Origin: Macrostomum lignano
Lineage: Eukaryota
DNA length: 64,000 bases
Direction: 5' to 3'
Assembly: GCA_002269645.1 (NCBI GenBank)
Contig: NIVC01003520.1
Location: forward strand, 1 to 64,000
The translations under genes were made by a program, and so were the position numbers. Positions 24,046 through 36,237 of this stretch are shown one piece after another. Numbering within the stretch: position 1 is the stretch's first letter; each line of letters starts with the position of its first letter. The notes beneath the pieces were generated by a model that did no database searches, had not been told where the DNA came from, and worked only from the letters and a program-made list of their open reading frames with translations.

Positions 24046-24092
<47 letters not shown>

Positions 24093-24125
24093 GCCTGTCT
24101 GTCTGCCTGTCTGTCTCTGTCTGCC

Positions 24126-24166
<41 letters not shown>

Positions 24167-24855
24167 TAGTGTCTGTCTGCCTGTCTGTCTATCTGTCTGT
24201 CTACCTGTCTGTCTGTCTGCCTGCCTGCCTGCCTTTCTGTCTGTCTAAGTGTCTGTCTGTCTGTCAATATAGGCAATACTCGTACAATCCATTGTCACCT
24301 CCAGCCTGCCCAGTGTGGAGCTCTGCCGGCTACCTGGAGGCTGCGCAGTCGCCAATCAACGTAATGCAGGTGATGAGTCAGTACTCCGCCAACTGCCGTC
24401 AGCTGAGCCCGCCATCTCCGTCAGCCCCGGGCTTTCAGCAGCTCCTGGTCATTCAATTCGGCGTTCGGGCCGCTTCCACAGCCGTTGTCGGCTTCTTTCA
24501 CGGCAGCAGCGGCGTCAGCGCGTTTAAATTCGCCTACGAATTGCAGCTGGGCATCGATGGGAACAGCCAGTCCAAGCTGCAGCGACTGCGGATGCCGATG
24601 GCCACCCTGTGGAGCAGCTCGAAACCCGGCTTCCAGCTGACTGCCACCAGTTACACCTACTTTCAGCTGACTGTTAACCTGGCAACCGCCGGCTTCCTGC
24701 TGCAGCGACTGGACGGCGCCAATGGGAGCTCGTTGGCCGAAGCGGAATTCGCTGACAGCAGCGGACTGGCTGGAACTCAGTACCTGAGCGTCAGGAATTT
24801 TGAGGCCGCGGCCGACTGGAAGCTCTGGTATAGCGTTGAAGGCAAGTTCTGGTAG
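23828..24855 (+). CDS. Secreted protein with a farnesoic acid O-methyltransferase-like (Methyltransf_FA) domain. Exons 23828-23894 and 24305-24855; 205 aa if terminal
   Basis: Exon 1 encodes signal-like MQHQRALLAVVVMVTYFSAALP and ends G|GTAATT; it joins in phase 1 to ccag|CC TGC. Domain pattern IQFGVRAASTAVVGF..AYELQLGIDGNSQSKLQR..LTATSYTYFQLTV..QYLSVRNF..ADWKL resembles the FAMeT consensus F.V.A..DA.I.L..YEI.IGGW.N..S.IR. The intron holds (CTGT)n at 24035-24265. Confidence 0.65.
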
Positions 24856-25500
24856 CCTGTCTGTTTATTGCACTGTGAGTCTGGTAGCATGTCCGTTTAT
24901 TGCACTGTAAGCCTGGTAGCCTGTCTGTTTATTGCACTGTAAGCCTGGTAGCCTGTCTGTTTATTGCACTGTGAGTCTGGTAGGCTGTCTGTTTATTGCA
25001 CTGTGAGTCTGGTAGCCTGTCTGTTTATTGCACTGTGAGTCTGGTAGGCTGTCTGTTTATTGCACTGTGAGTCTGGTAGGCTGTCTGTTTATTGCACTGT
25101 GAGTCTGGTAGGCTGTCGTCTGTTTATTGCACTGTGAGTCTGGTAGGCTGTCGTCTGTTTATTGCACTGTGAGTCTGTTAGCATGTCTGTTTATTGCACT
25201 GTGAGTCTGGTAGCCTGTCTGTTTATTGCACTGTGAGTCTGGTAGCCTGTCTGTTTATTGCACTGTGAGTCTGGTAGGCTGTCGTCTGTTTATTGCACTG
25301 TGAGTCTGGTAGCATGTCTGTTTATTGCACTGTGAGTCTGGTAGCCTGTCTGTTTATTGCACTGTGAGTCTGGTAGCCTGTCTGTTTATTGCACTGTGAG
25401 TCTGGTAGCCTGTCTGTTTATTGCACTGGGAGTCTGGTAGCCCGTCTGTTTATTGCACTGAGTCTCGTATCTTGTTGGTTTGATACGCTGTGAGTCTGGT
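24850..25500. repeat. 32-bp minisatellite (ctggtagcctgtctgtttattgcactgtgagt)
   Basis: Begins at the stop codon of the FAMeT-like exon. Confidence 0.96.
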
Positions 25501-26177
25501 AGCTTGTTGGTCTGTGAGTCTGTTAGCCAATCTAGTAATACAAGTTAGCTATCTAACTACTCAAGAAGGTAAGGACTCAAAAGGTAAATATATTTTCTGA
25601 AAATCTTGATTGTTATCTTGTGCATGTGAATTTTTTCTGTTTTCTTAGTCACTGTTTAACTAATTTTTGACAGTTAAACGTAAATATATGCGGAAATAAT
25701 TACACAAGTGTTTTGTCAGCAACAGGACTAAGAGGCATGAAATTTCAAGCTTGTAAAAGCGAAACCTTTGATGCCTTAGAACTTATGAGCGGCGTTTACT
25801 TGGCACTTCCAATTCCTTTCTTTCTCCATCATTATTCTAAAAAATTGTTGTGTCTAGGTATCTTGCAGATGCCAAGCTTGCACCGCTAGATCAGAAATTT
25901 TCAGTGACGGTACATGTTTCGTGGAAAAGAAATTGCTTAATACTAAGGGGATTAAATACGTATTCGAAAAAACCATGCATTTTTGCAAAGCAAAAAACCT
26001 GATGATTGACTGAATTTTGATTCTGATAAATATCGCATCACAACTGGCCTTTCATCATCAGTTGATTGGCTGGATTTTGACTTTGACTTGAATTGCGTCA
26101 CTATAAAACACTGGCAGCATAAGCACAAGACTGCATTGCAACTCAGACTTGACTTAGATTGCGTAAAAAAAATTGCC

Positions 26178-26420
26178 ATGTCAACCATAAAGAAACGTCA
26201 TGTCAACCATAAAGAAGCGTCATGTCAACCATAAAGAAGCGTCATGTCAGCCATAAAGAAACGTCATATCAACCATACAGAAACGTCATATCAACCATAA
26301 AGAAACGTCATGTCAACCATAAAGAAACGTCATATCAACCATAAAGAAACGTCATGTCAACTATAAAGAAACGTCATGTCAACCATAAAGAAATGTCATG
26401 TCAACCATAAAAAGCGTCAT
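26178..26420. repeat. 22-bp minisatellite (catgtcaaccataaagaaacgt)
   Basis: Direct tandem repeat; related copies lie at 31783-31880. Confidence 0.93.
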
Positions 26421-26794
26421 TGTCAATCTGTCATCTGTCGTACGGCTCCAAAATGTGCAATTAAAATTTTTATACCAATGACAAAAAAGGAACAAATTCT
26501 GTATGCATTTGGTGTCAATGCAAATGTCTCACATTGTTTTTTGCCGACTAAGCCAGGTGATAAAACTGTCACTTCCTCGGGTCAGGCATCACTGCATTTG
26601 ATAGTCTCTGCTGCAGCAATTCAGAGCGATCGGGCTTAGTATATCGAGTTAGCTAAAGCAGAGTTCATACGAGAAAGGTATCAGGTATATTTGTTGGGGG
26701 ACGGTAAGTGTACCGTCTCAGTGCCTGCATTGCTATTTTTAAACATATCTGCTTTTCTACGAGGCTCCTGTTCTGAAGAATGCATTCTAAACTA

Positions 26795-27980
26795 TTTGCT
26801 GCATTAGCTCGTATTCCTTCCAGCACTGTATCTGTGTAGCAGTTTGCTGCATTAGCTCGTAGTCCTACCAGCACTGTATCTGTGTAGCAGTTTGCTGCAT
26901 TAGCTCGTATTCCTACCAGCACTGTATCTGTGTAGCAGTTTGCTGCATTAGCTCGTATTCCTACCAGCACTGTATCTGTGTAGCAGTTTGCTGCATTAGC
27001 TCGTATTCCTACCAGCACTGTATCTGTGTAGCAGTTTGCTGCATTAGCTCGTATTCCTACCAGCACTGTATCTGTGTAGCAGTTTGCTGCATTAGCTCAC
27101 ATTCCTTCCAGCACTGTATCTGTGTAGCAGTTTGCTGCATTAGCTCGTATTCCTACCAGCACTGTATCTGTGTAGCAGTTTGCTGCATTAGCTCGTATTC
27201 CTACCAGCACTGTATCTGTGTAGCAGTTTGCTGCATTAGCTCGTATTCCTACCAGCACTGTATCTGTGTAGCAGTTTGCTGCATTAGCTCACATTCCTTC
27301 CAGCACTGTATCTGTGTAGCAGTTTGCTGCATTAGCTCGTATTCCTACCAGCACTGTATCTGTGTAGCAGTTTGCTGCATTAGCTCGTATTCCTACCAGC
27401 ACTGTATCTGTGTAGCAGTTTGCTGCATTAGCTCGTATTCCTACCAGCACTGTATCTGTGTAGCAGTTTGCTGCATTAGCTCGTATTCCTTCCAGCACTG
27501 TATCTGTGTAGCAGTTTGCTGCATTAGCTCGTATTCCTTCCAGCACTGTATCTGTGTAGCAGTTTGCTGCATTAGCTCGTATTCCTACCAGCACTGTATC
27601 TGTGTAGCAGTTTGCTGCATTAGCTCGTATCCCTACCAGCACTGTATCTGTGTAGCAGTTTGCTGCATTAGCTCGTATTCCTACCAGCACTGTATCTGTG
27701 TAGCAATTTGCTGCATTAGCTCGTATTCCTACCAGCACTGTATCTGTGTAGCAGTTTGCTGCATTAGCTCGTATTCCTACCAGCACTGTATCTGTGTAGC
27801 AGTTTGCTGCATTAGCTCGTATTCCTACCAGCACTGTATCTGTGTAGCAGTTTGCTGCATTAGCTCGTATTCCTACCAGCACTGTATCTGTGTAGCAATT
27901 TGCTGCATTAGCTCGTATTCCTACCAGCACTGTATCTGTGTAGCAATTTGCTGCATTAGCTCGTATCCCTACCAGCACTG
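26795..27980. repeat. 48-bp satellite (cagcactgtatctgtgtagcagtttgctgcattagctcgtattcctac), about 25 copies; further copies at 31358-31443
   Basis: Near-identical tandem units on both sides of the retroelement. Confidence 0.97.
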
Positions 27981-30900
27981 TTACGTCAGTTTGAGGCAGG
28001 TATCTGACTCTAACTGGTTTTAAACCCCCCCGCGCCGGCCCGGCCTCGCTTTGGTGGGTTGGTGGGGTGCTGGTGCTCTGCGTGCGTGCAGGGCTTAGGG
28101 CAGCCTCCCCCCGCTCTGTGCTATTTAGTCACGCGTCGCGGCCGCTGAGTCGGCGTAATTTTGGCAATGACGACGGTGACGACGACCAGGACGAGGATGA
28201 CGTGCGCCGGGCTGCGCCAGCGGAGGAGGCCACAGAAGCGCAGATTCGGCAGACTCAGAAGAGGATCGAGCTGCTTAAACTGCAGAAGGCTGAGGCCCAG
28301 TTGCGGGATGAAGTGCAGTCGATCCGCAGTGGCGCCGCATCGCCCCCGCTGGCCAGAGGAGGGCCGGACATCTACGCCAGCCTGTTCGGGGACCAGAGCC
28401 GACAACCGAGGTTTGATTCGGCCGGAGCCCAGCGGCCCCCATCAGCGCTGCTCATCCCGGAATTTCTGGACGAGAGGCAGCAGTCGGGAGGATGGCTGAC
28501 ACAGGAACGTGGTCGCCTGACTCTGAAGGGCGCAACGCCGAGCCTGTCCGGAGTCAACTTCGGCCAGTGGGTGGCTGCCAACGCGCGGATCATGCAGCGA
28601 CTGCTGGAGACCGGCCAGCTGGTGGCGCCCGGTACGGATGGACAGCCCGACTGCAAGAGTCTGAACGCCTACCTCAACTTTAACATCCACATCGGCGAGC
28701 TGCTCGACGCTGGCTACGACTGGAAGGTGGTGCTCCAGTACGACCAGGACATGAGGCTGCAGCAGCACTCGCGACAGCGCGACTGGGACAGCCCCGATCT
28801 GAACCTCATCATCAAGCATATGACGGCGCCCAAAAACCTGCGAGCTGCTGGCCCAGTGGCGGTTGGTCAAGGAGTCCAGGGTCACCGTAGCAGGGCCAGC
28901 TGTCATCCGCTGGACAGGTCATCTGCGGCTTGTTCAATAGCAACAAAGGCTGTCACAGACACACCTGCAATTTCGCCCACATCTGCCGCATCTGCGAAGG
29001 GAGCCACTCAAAGCTGCAACACAGCTCGGTGGCTGCCGAATCAAAAAACTGAGCAAAGAGGCGGGTCGCGGCGGCACCAGTTTTAGCCCTAAGCGGACGG
29101 CGTCTGATAGACAGTCCAAAATTTTAATTCCATGCGAGACAGCTGCTCGCACTGCCACTGGCCCTGCCGCTCGCCCTGCCACTCGCCTTGCCGCTCGACC
29201 TGCCACTCGCCCTGCCGCTCGCCCTGCCGCTCGCCCTGCCGCTCGCCATGCCACTCGCCCTGCTGCCGGCCCTGCTGCCGTTCCTGCTGCCGGTCCTGCT
29301 GCCGGCCCTGCTGCCGTTCCTGCTGCCGGTCCTGCTGCCGGCCCTGCTGCCGTTCCTGCTGCCGGTCCTGCTGCCGGCCCTGCTGCCGGCCCTGCCGCCG
29401 GTCCTGCTGCCGGCCCTGCTGCCGGTCCTGCTGCCGGCCCTGCTGCCGGCCCTGCTGCCGGCCCTGCTGCCGGCCCTGCTGCCGGCCCTGCTGCCGGTCC
29501 TGCTGCCGGCCCTGCTGCCGGTCCTGCTGCCGGCCCTGCTGCCGGCCCAGCCGCCGGCCCTGCTGCCGGCCCTGCTGCCGGCCCAGCCGCCGGCCCTGCC
29601 GCCGGTCCTGCTGCCGGCCCAGCCGCCGGCCCTGCCGCCGGTCCTGCTACCGGCCCAGCCGCTGGCCCTGCCGCCGGCCCTGCCGCCGGCCCCGCTGCCG
29701 GCCCTGCTGCCGGTCCTGCTGCCGGCGCTGCTGCCGGCCCTGTTGCCGGCCCGGTGGCTGCACTCCGAAAACGTTGGCCGCTGTTAACTGCTGCTTGGAC
29801 ACCAGTCCTGCTCGGAGACTCGGACGCGGAGTTTCTGATCGCGGGAATTCGCGATGGCTTTCGCATCACCGACGCGGCTCCGACCAGCGAATCCCAGCTC
29901 GAAAATCATGCATCCGCCCGCTGCGAGGCAAATCGGAATGCCGTTGAGCTGCAGATCAGAGAGGAGGTCGTGGCTGGCCGGTACATCAGCGCAACTGACT
30001 TGGGCATCGCCAGGCCGACCATCATCAGCCCACTGGGCGCCGTCCGAAGGCAGACGGCGCCATCCGCCTGATTCACGACGCGTCCGCGCCACAGGGCAAC
30101 AGCCTCAACGATCTGTACAAGCCCCGCCAGAAGATGAAGTTTGCCAATGTCGAGGATCTCACCAGGCAGCTGGCACCAAGCTGGTTCATCAGCAAGGTCG
30201 ACCTACGCCACGCCTACCGAAGTGTTCAGGTGCACCCAGACTGCTATAAGGCGACGGGGCTCCGGTGGACGTTCGAGCTGGACGGTCAGCCCACTTATCT
30301 GGTTGACACGCGACTCCCATTCGGTGCGGCGGCATCAGTCAACATTTTCCACCGCCTAACGCAAGCTGTCAAGCGCTTTATGTACAGGCAATTCTCGCAT
30401 CTGTCCAAATTCGTCGTCATCGCATACCTCGACGATTTCTGCATAGCTGCCTAGGGCTACGAAGTCTGCCTGCAGCTGCACAATTTTCTGCTGGCCACAC
30501 TGCAGCGCCTCGGCTTTGAGATCAACTGGGCCAAGACGCAGAGCCCAGCCACTTCGGTCACTTTCCTGGGTGTGCAGATCGACACATTGACTGGCCTGCT
30601 GTCACTGCCCGCCAAGAAGATGGACGGCCTTCGAGAACTTCTCCAGGACTGCGCCAACTCGAAGAGCCTGCAAAAACGTCGCCTTCAGCACCTAGTCGGC
30701 AAACTGAACTGGTTCTGCAAAGTGGCCAAACCTGCAAAGGCCCTGCTTCGCGCGCTCCTGGAGATAACCATCGCTATTCCTGAGCAGCATCATCGAGTAC
30801 CGGTGCGCGGCGAGCTACTGGCCCAGTTGCAGTTCTGGCAGCATGCAATCCCAGTGTTCCCGACCGACAAGCTGTGGCGGCGTGCACGAGTGCTGGCAGC

Positions 30901-31357
30901 GGTCGAGACGGACGCCTGCGTCAGTGCCGGTGGCATGATCCTGAGCACCTCTGATGGCCAGCGCGAGTTCCGCCTCGTCGACTTCTGCAGTGACGCCGGT
31001 GGCATCTTCCTGAGCGAGCACATCAACGCCAAGGAGACGGTACTGCCGCTGCTCGCCATCATTCTGTTCCAGGAGCAGCTGGCCGGCGGCAAGGTGGCCT
31101 GCTACGTCGACAGCAGCGCGGCGGTCGGCACCATCAACCGCGGTGCCTCCAGCAACCCGATCGTCATGACCCTGCTCAAAACGGCCACTCTGGCAGCGCT
31201 GAGGCACGACTTTCAGTTTCGAGCTCACCATATGCCGGGGTCCTGGCAGCTGCTGAGCGACCCGCTGTCGCGCTGCCTGACGCATCCCCGCCACATGCTG
31301 CTGTTTCTGCTGCGCTACTTCGGCCGGGCCAAGGCGCAGCCGGAAGATCTGCGGCTC
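27981..31357 (+). mobile_element. Decayed Ngaro/DIRS-type (tyrosine-recombinase class) retrotransposon: gag-like ORF, RT and RNase H; YR ORF and 3' end missing
   Basis: gag-like WVAANARIM..YDWKVVLQYDQDMR..DWD, followed in another frame by CGLFNSNKGCHRHTCNFAHICRICEGSH (28921-29010, a CCCH/CxxC-H finger typical of this class). RT: [47 protein letters not shown]...YLDDF..FLGVQIDT. RH: VETDAC..HINAKE..YVDSSAAV..LSDPLSR. Frameshifts near 28890 and 30043; in-frame TAG at 30452-30454. Confidence 0.88.
29140..29752. repeat. GC-rich 12-bp repeat (ctgctgccggcc)n inside the retroelement pol 5' region
   Basis: About 50 units, open in all three plus-strand frames. Confidence 0.96.
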
Positions 31358-31782
31358 CTACCAGCATTCCTACCAGCACTGTATCTGTGTAGCAATTTGC
31401 TGCATTAGCTCGTATTCCTACCAGCACTGTATCTGTGTAGCAACGAACCGACCCAGTGGAAACTCCGACGACTTTGCTTTTAATGCTCCAACGCGCTTGA
31501 TAACCTCTTCCTGCTGGCTGTAGCTCGTATCACAACTTCTATTAAGTAACTGATGGAAATAAATGATAGAATCTCTATTGTGTGAGGGAAACGCTTGAGC
31601 GTGAACGATTAAGGTATGGATCGACTGACTCAGCAACCCTTATCCTTCGTTGGGGTTTTTCAATAAATACTAATTATTGTTGGGCCTTGGAGCATGGGAA
31701 GGATTCATTGGTGCCAAAAATCCTGGTTGCAATATATCAACTATTTGTAGAAGCTAAAACCCAGTATGCAACATAACGATGC

Positions 31783-32225
31783 ATCATGTCAACCCTAAAA
31801 AAAGCGTCATGTCAACAATAAAGAAGCGTCATGTCAACAATAAAGAAGCGTCATGTCAACAATAAAGAAGCGTCATGTCAAACATAAGAGAATCGTCATG
31901 TCATAAAGGAAGCCATGAAAGTCCATAAAAGAAGCCATGTAATGACCATAAAAGAAGCCATGAAATGACCATAAAAGAAGCCATGAAATGACCATAAAAG
32001 AAGCCATGAAATGACCACAAAAGAAGCCATGAAATGACCAAAAAAGAAGCCATGAAATGACCAAAAAAGAAGCCATGAAATGACCAAAAAAGAAGCCATG
32101 AAATGACCAAAAAAGAAGCCATGAAATGACCAAAAAAGAAGCCATGAAATGACCAAAAAAGAAGCCATGAAATGACCAAAAAAGAAGCCATGAAATGACC
32201 AAAAAAGAAGCGTCATGTCAACCGT
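31783..32225. repeat. 22-bp (catgtcaacaataaagaagcgt) and 23-bp (aagccatgaaatgaccaaaaaag) minisatellites
   Basis: Direct tandem repeats. Confidence 0.93.
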
Positions 32226-32964
32226 AAAAGATTCAAGGGAAATTGCCAAGAGGCCAAGGCTCGTAGGAGATATAGGGTATTGATGAAATTCTGACGCTCA
32301 ACTGGGTAGAGCAGGATTCAACCATAAAAGTATAGCCCTGTCAACCATAAACGGCTTATGGGACAATTGCTTAGATGTCAAGGCTTATGGGGCGTAATGG
32401 CTAAAATGCTGTGCACACGGGGTGAGTTGCTTAGATGTAGGACTCATGGGGGGATCGCTGAAATGATGCGATTCATGGGGAGAATTGTTGAAGTGTCAAG
32501 GTTCATGGAAAGGGGGAATTTCTGTGGCATTGCTGTGGCATTAACAAACTTTAATAAATTAACAATAGCAACTGCAAAAAACTAAAACCTACATGTAGTT
32601 TATTTAAAAAAATTCTTTCTCTTTTGCCTCCCCAACGAGTGCTTCAATCGCTTTTATGGCATAATTCCGTATGTTTAATTATTGCTTTCCAGTCTCCGAT
32701 ACGGGGCAGTTTTAACATCGAATGTGTTTTTGCATTTCGTTGCAAAACATTTCTGAACTTTGTCTGAACTTCAGAGTTCTCAACTTCCTTTTTGGCACTC
32801 AAGTTTGCGACACCAGAACGGTTTTGACTTGACAAGGTTTTTTAAATAATAAAAAACTCTCGTTGATTTTAAAACCGTCTCCTTTGTTAGACAGACGACA
32901 ATATGTTTTATTCCGTTTATTGTTGATTAATTGACAATTTCGCTCTGGGTCTAGAACTTCACAG

Positions 32965-33545
32965 AGAAACAGTTCCCTTCATTGAGAGACTGTTAGTTCC
33001 CTTCATTGAGAGACTGTCAGTTGCCTTCATTGAGAGACTGTGTCAGTTCCCTTCATTGATAGACTGTGTCAGTTCCCTTCATTGATAGACTGTGTCAGTT
33101 CCCTTCATTGAGAGACTGTGTCAGTTCATTTCATTGAGAGACTGTGTCAGTTCCCTTCATTGATAGACTGTGTTAGTTCCCTTCATTAAGAGACTGTCAG
33201 TTCCCTTCATTAAGAGACTGTCAGTTCCCTTCATTAAGAGACTGTCAGTTGCCTTCATTTATAGACTGTGTCAGTTCCCTTCATTGAGAGACTGTGTCAG
33301 TTCCCTTCATTGATAGACTGTGTTAATTCCCTTTATTAAGAGACTGTCAGTTCCCTTCATTAAGAGACTGTCAGTTCCCTTCATTAAGAGACTGTCAGTT
33401 GCCTTCATTGAGAGACTGTGTCAGTTCCCTTCATTGATAGACTGTGTCAGTTCCCTTCATTGAGAGACTGTCAGTTGCCTTCATTGAGAGACTGTGTCAG
33501 TTCCCTTTATTTATAGACTGTGTCAGTTGCCTTAAGAGACTGAAA
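32965..33545. repeat. 24-26-bp minisatellite (cagttcccttcattgagagactgt[gt])
   Basis: Direct tandem repeat. Confidence 0.95.
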
Positions 33546-33884
33546 CGATGCCTTGATTGAGAAGAAACGTGGCTGAATTTCAAAAAATTTTGTTTGCAAT
33601 CTTACCTTCCTGAAAGACTGCACCCTACACTGTGTAAGAAGGATGAAGCAGTCTCTGAAATTTCTTCAGCAAAAAGTAAAATTTCTGACAGCGGAAGACG
33701 AACCGGACGCTGACAAAAAGTGTTGTCGCTTTTTACCTATAAAAAGCCTAAATTAAAGAAGCTTTTGTTTAGATCGTCACCGGAAAGCAGCAAAACTTTT
33801 CTACTAATTTGTGATCGATTTAAATTTTTACTTTATGCCTTTCCTGTGATACTTTTCCTGTGTGTGCTTTCAGTATCCTGCCAT

Positions 33885-34560
33885 TCCGGGTCAGAGAGGC
33901 AGACAGGCAATCAAAACGGGTCAGAGAGGCAGACAGGCAATCAAAACGGGTCAGAGAGGCAGACAGGCAATTAAAACGGGTCAGAGAGGCAGACAGGCAA
34001 TTAAAACGAGTCAGAGAGGCAGACAGGCAATTAAAACGAGTCAGAGAGGCAGACAGGCAATTAAAACGGGTCAGAGAGGCAGACAGGCAATTAAAACGAG
34101 TCAGAGAGGCAGACAGGCAATTAAAACGGGTCAGAGAGGCAGACAGGCAATTAAAACGAGTCAGAGAGGCAGACAGGCAATCAAAACGGGTCAGAGAGGC
34201 AGACAGGCAATCAAAACGGGTCAGAGAGGCAGACAGGCAATTAAAACGAGTCAGAGAGGCAGACAGGCAATCAAAACGGGTCAGAGAGGCAGACAGGCAA
34301 TCAAAACGGGTCAGAGAGGCAGACAGGCAATTAAAACGAGTCAGAGAGGCAGACAGGCAATCAAAACGGGTCAGAGAGGCAGACAGGCAATCAAAACGGG
34401 TCAGAGAGGCAGACAGGCAATTAAAACGGGTCAGAGAGGCAGACAGGCAATCAAAACGGGTCAGAGAGGCAGACAGGCAATTAAAACGGGTCAGAGGGGG
34501 AGACAGGCGATTAAAACGGGTCAGACAGGGAGGCAGGCAATCAAAACGGGTTCAGACAGC
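33885..34560. repeat. 30-bp minisatellite (ggtcagagaggcagacaggcaatcaaaacg)
   Basis: Direct tandem repeat; the VREADRQ and GQRGRQAIKT ORFs are artefacts. Confidence 0.96.
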
Positions 34561-34714
34561 TTACATCATTATGGTTACCGGCAATTAAGAAATTCTGACA
34601 GTAGTACTTAATTATTTTGACAAGCATAATCAATTTATTGGCTCAGTGGATAAAAATTGTCAGCACTGCAGAATCAAGTTCATCATTAGTCAGTGCAGTC
34701 AGGACCAGCCCCTA

Positions 34715-36237
34715 CTAGTTGGACCTGCAGGGCCCACCCGGCCTAGCGGTGTACTCGTACCGCAATCCTCGCTCCTCGATGACATTCTTGCCCAGTCGGA
34801 TGCGGCCTTCCAGCTTGCGTTTTTGCCTCTTTAGGATGCCATTCTCGGTTTTCTTCACTTGGAACTGGCTGTCTTGGATAACCTTGTAGTGCGCGGTGTC
34901 GGACAGGATCTCCACCCAGCCGCGCTGCCAGGTGGACTTGCTGCGCTTCAGCTTGGTCGAGCGGACCAGGTCCCAGCTGCCCGACCAGTACACCTCGTTA
35001 AAAGTCAGGGACACTTTAATGTCGCCAACTCTGGACGGGTCAAGGACTTTGACGCTCTGATCGGAGAGCCACCACCAGTTTTGTTTGCATTCGATCGCAG
35101 AGGCGGAGCTGACCAGGCACAGGTGAAGGCAGGCGACCAGAAGCACCAGTACGAGGTTGGTTTTAGCCTACGGATTGTCAAAATGCAGGCGTAGGCTTAG
35201 TACTATTTCAGTAGTATCAATAGGGTTTCATCTCATAATAGTAATCTAAGCACGCAAAGAATGGGTATCAATGATATTTTACCATAGACTATTTTGCCTA
35301 AGCTACAGATTGAGAGTGAGGGGACGAGGAGGTGGAGGCGAAGCCACCATAGACTATTTTACCTAAGCTACAGACTGAGAGTGACGGGACGAGGAGGTGG
35401 AGGCGAAGCTACCATAGACTATTTTACCTAAGCTACAGACTGAGAGTGACGGGAAGAGGAGGTGGAGGCGAAGCTACCATAGACTATTTTACCTAAGCTA
35501 CAGACTGAGAGTGACGGGAAGAGGAGGTGGAGGCGAAGCTACCATAGACTATTTTACCTAAGCTACAGACTGAGAGTGACGGGAAGAGGAGGTGGAGGCG
35601 AAGCTACCATAGACTATTTTACCTAAGCTACAGACTGAGAGTGACGGGAAGAGGAGTTGGAGGCGAAGCTACCATAGACTATTTTACCTAAGCTACAGAC
35701 TGAGAGTGACGGGAAGAGGAGGTGGAGGCGAAGCTACCATAGACTATTTTACCTAAGCTACAGACTGAGAGTGACGGGAAGAGGAGGTGGAGGCGAAGCT
35801 ACCATAGACTATTTTACCTAAGCTACAGACTGAGAGTGACGGGAAGAGGAGGTGGAGGCGAAGCTACCATAGACTATTTATGTTGTTTATACATTTTTGG
35901 CAGTTAAAAGATTTAACCAAAGAGTTTCATAATACGACAGCTAATTATGGAACTCCTTGCTTTAACTGACCGCAATTTACGGGCTGTTTAATTGGGTTTT
36001 GGCCATAGACAGCTCGTTGTGTGAACTGCATTTCATGATTTCTCTACCGCTCAATTTCAATAGCTCACCGTCCAAAAATCTACTCGTAATATGCCTTTAA
36101 AGACATACCTCTTGTTTTATTTACAAAATTAGAAAGTTCAGAAGTTGATATCATTACTAATATTGTGAATTTAGGTTATTCTTAATTCAATTCAGGAACG
36201 ATTTCTTAGTTCAAGTTGAATAAAATCAACTTACCAT
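34715..36237 (-). CDS. Orphan small secreted protein, paralog 1. Exons 36235-36237 (ATG only) and 34715-35167; 151 aa
   Basis: ATC ATG|GTAAGT at 36240-36229; acceptor ccgtag|GCT AAA at 35168, phase 0. Gives M-AKTNLVLVLLVACLHLCLVSSASA-IECKQN...FNEVYWSGSWDLVR...LGKNVIEERGLRYEYTARPGGPCRSN. AATAAA on minus at 34634-34639. Homologous to paralogs 2 and 3. Confidence 0.78.
35280..35880. repeat. 65-bp minisatellite in the intron of paralog 1
   Basis: Period 65 (accatagact at 35411 and 35476). Confidence 0.96.

Noticed and set aside
26795-27980. CRISPR array, or a satellite derived from the recombinase N-terminus (IPTSTVSV*QFAALAR resembles P.S..T...YAAFLAR)
   Set aside because: No unique spacers and the context is eukaryotic. 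The YR resemblance is short, contains a stop, and lacks the preceding YR motifs.
29132-29947. Cys-rich keratin-associated/metallothionein-like ORF (CCRPCCRS) and LPALLP ORF
   Set aside because: Alternative frames of the 12-bp repeat inside the retroelement.
33860-34611. Repetitive 242-aa and 249-aa ORFs resembling adhesive proteins
   Set aside because: Both frames are open only because the 30-bp unit lacks stops; no signal peptide and no unique flanking coding sequence.
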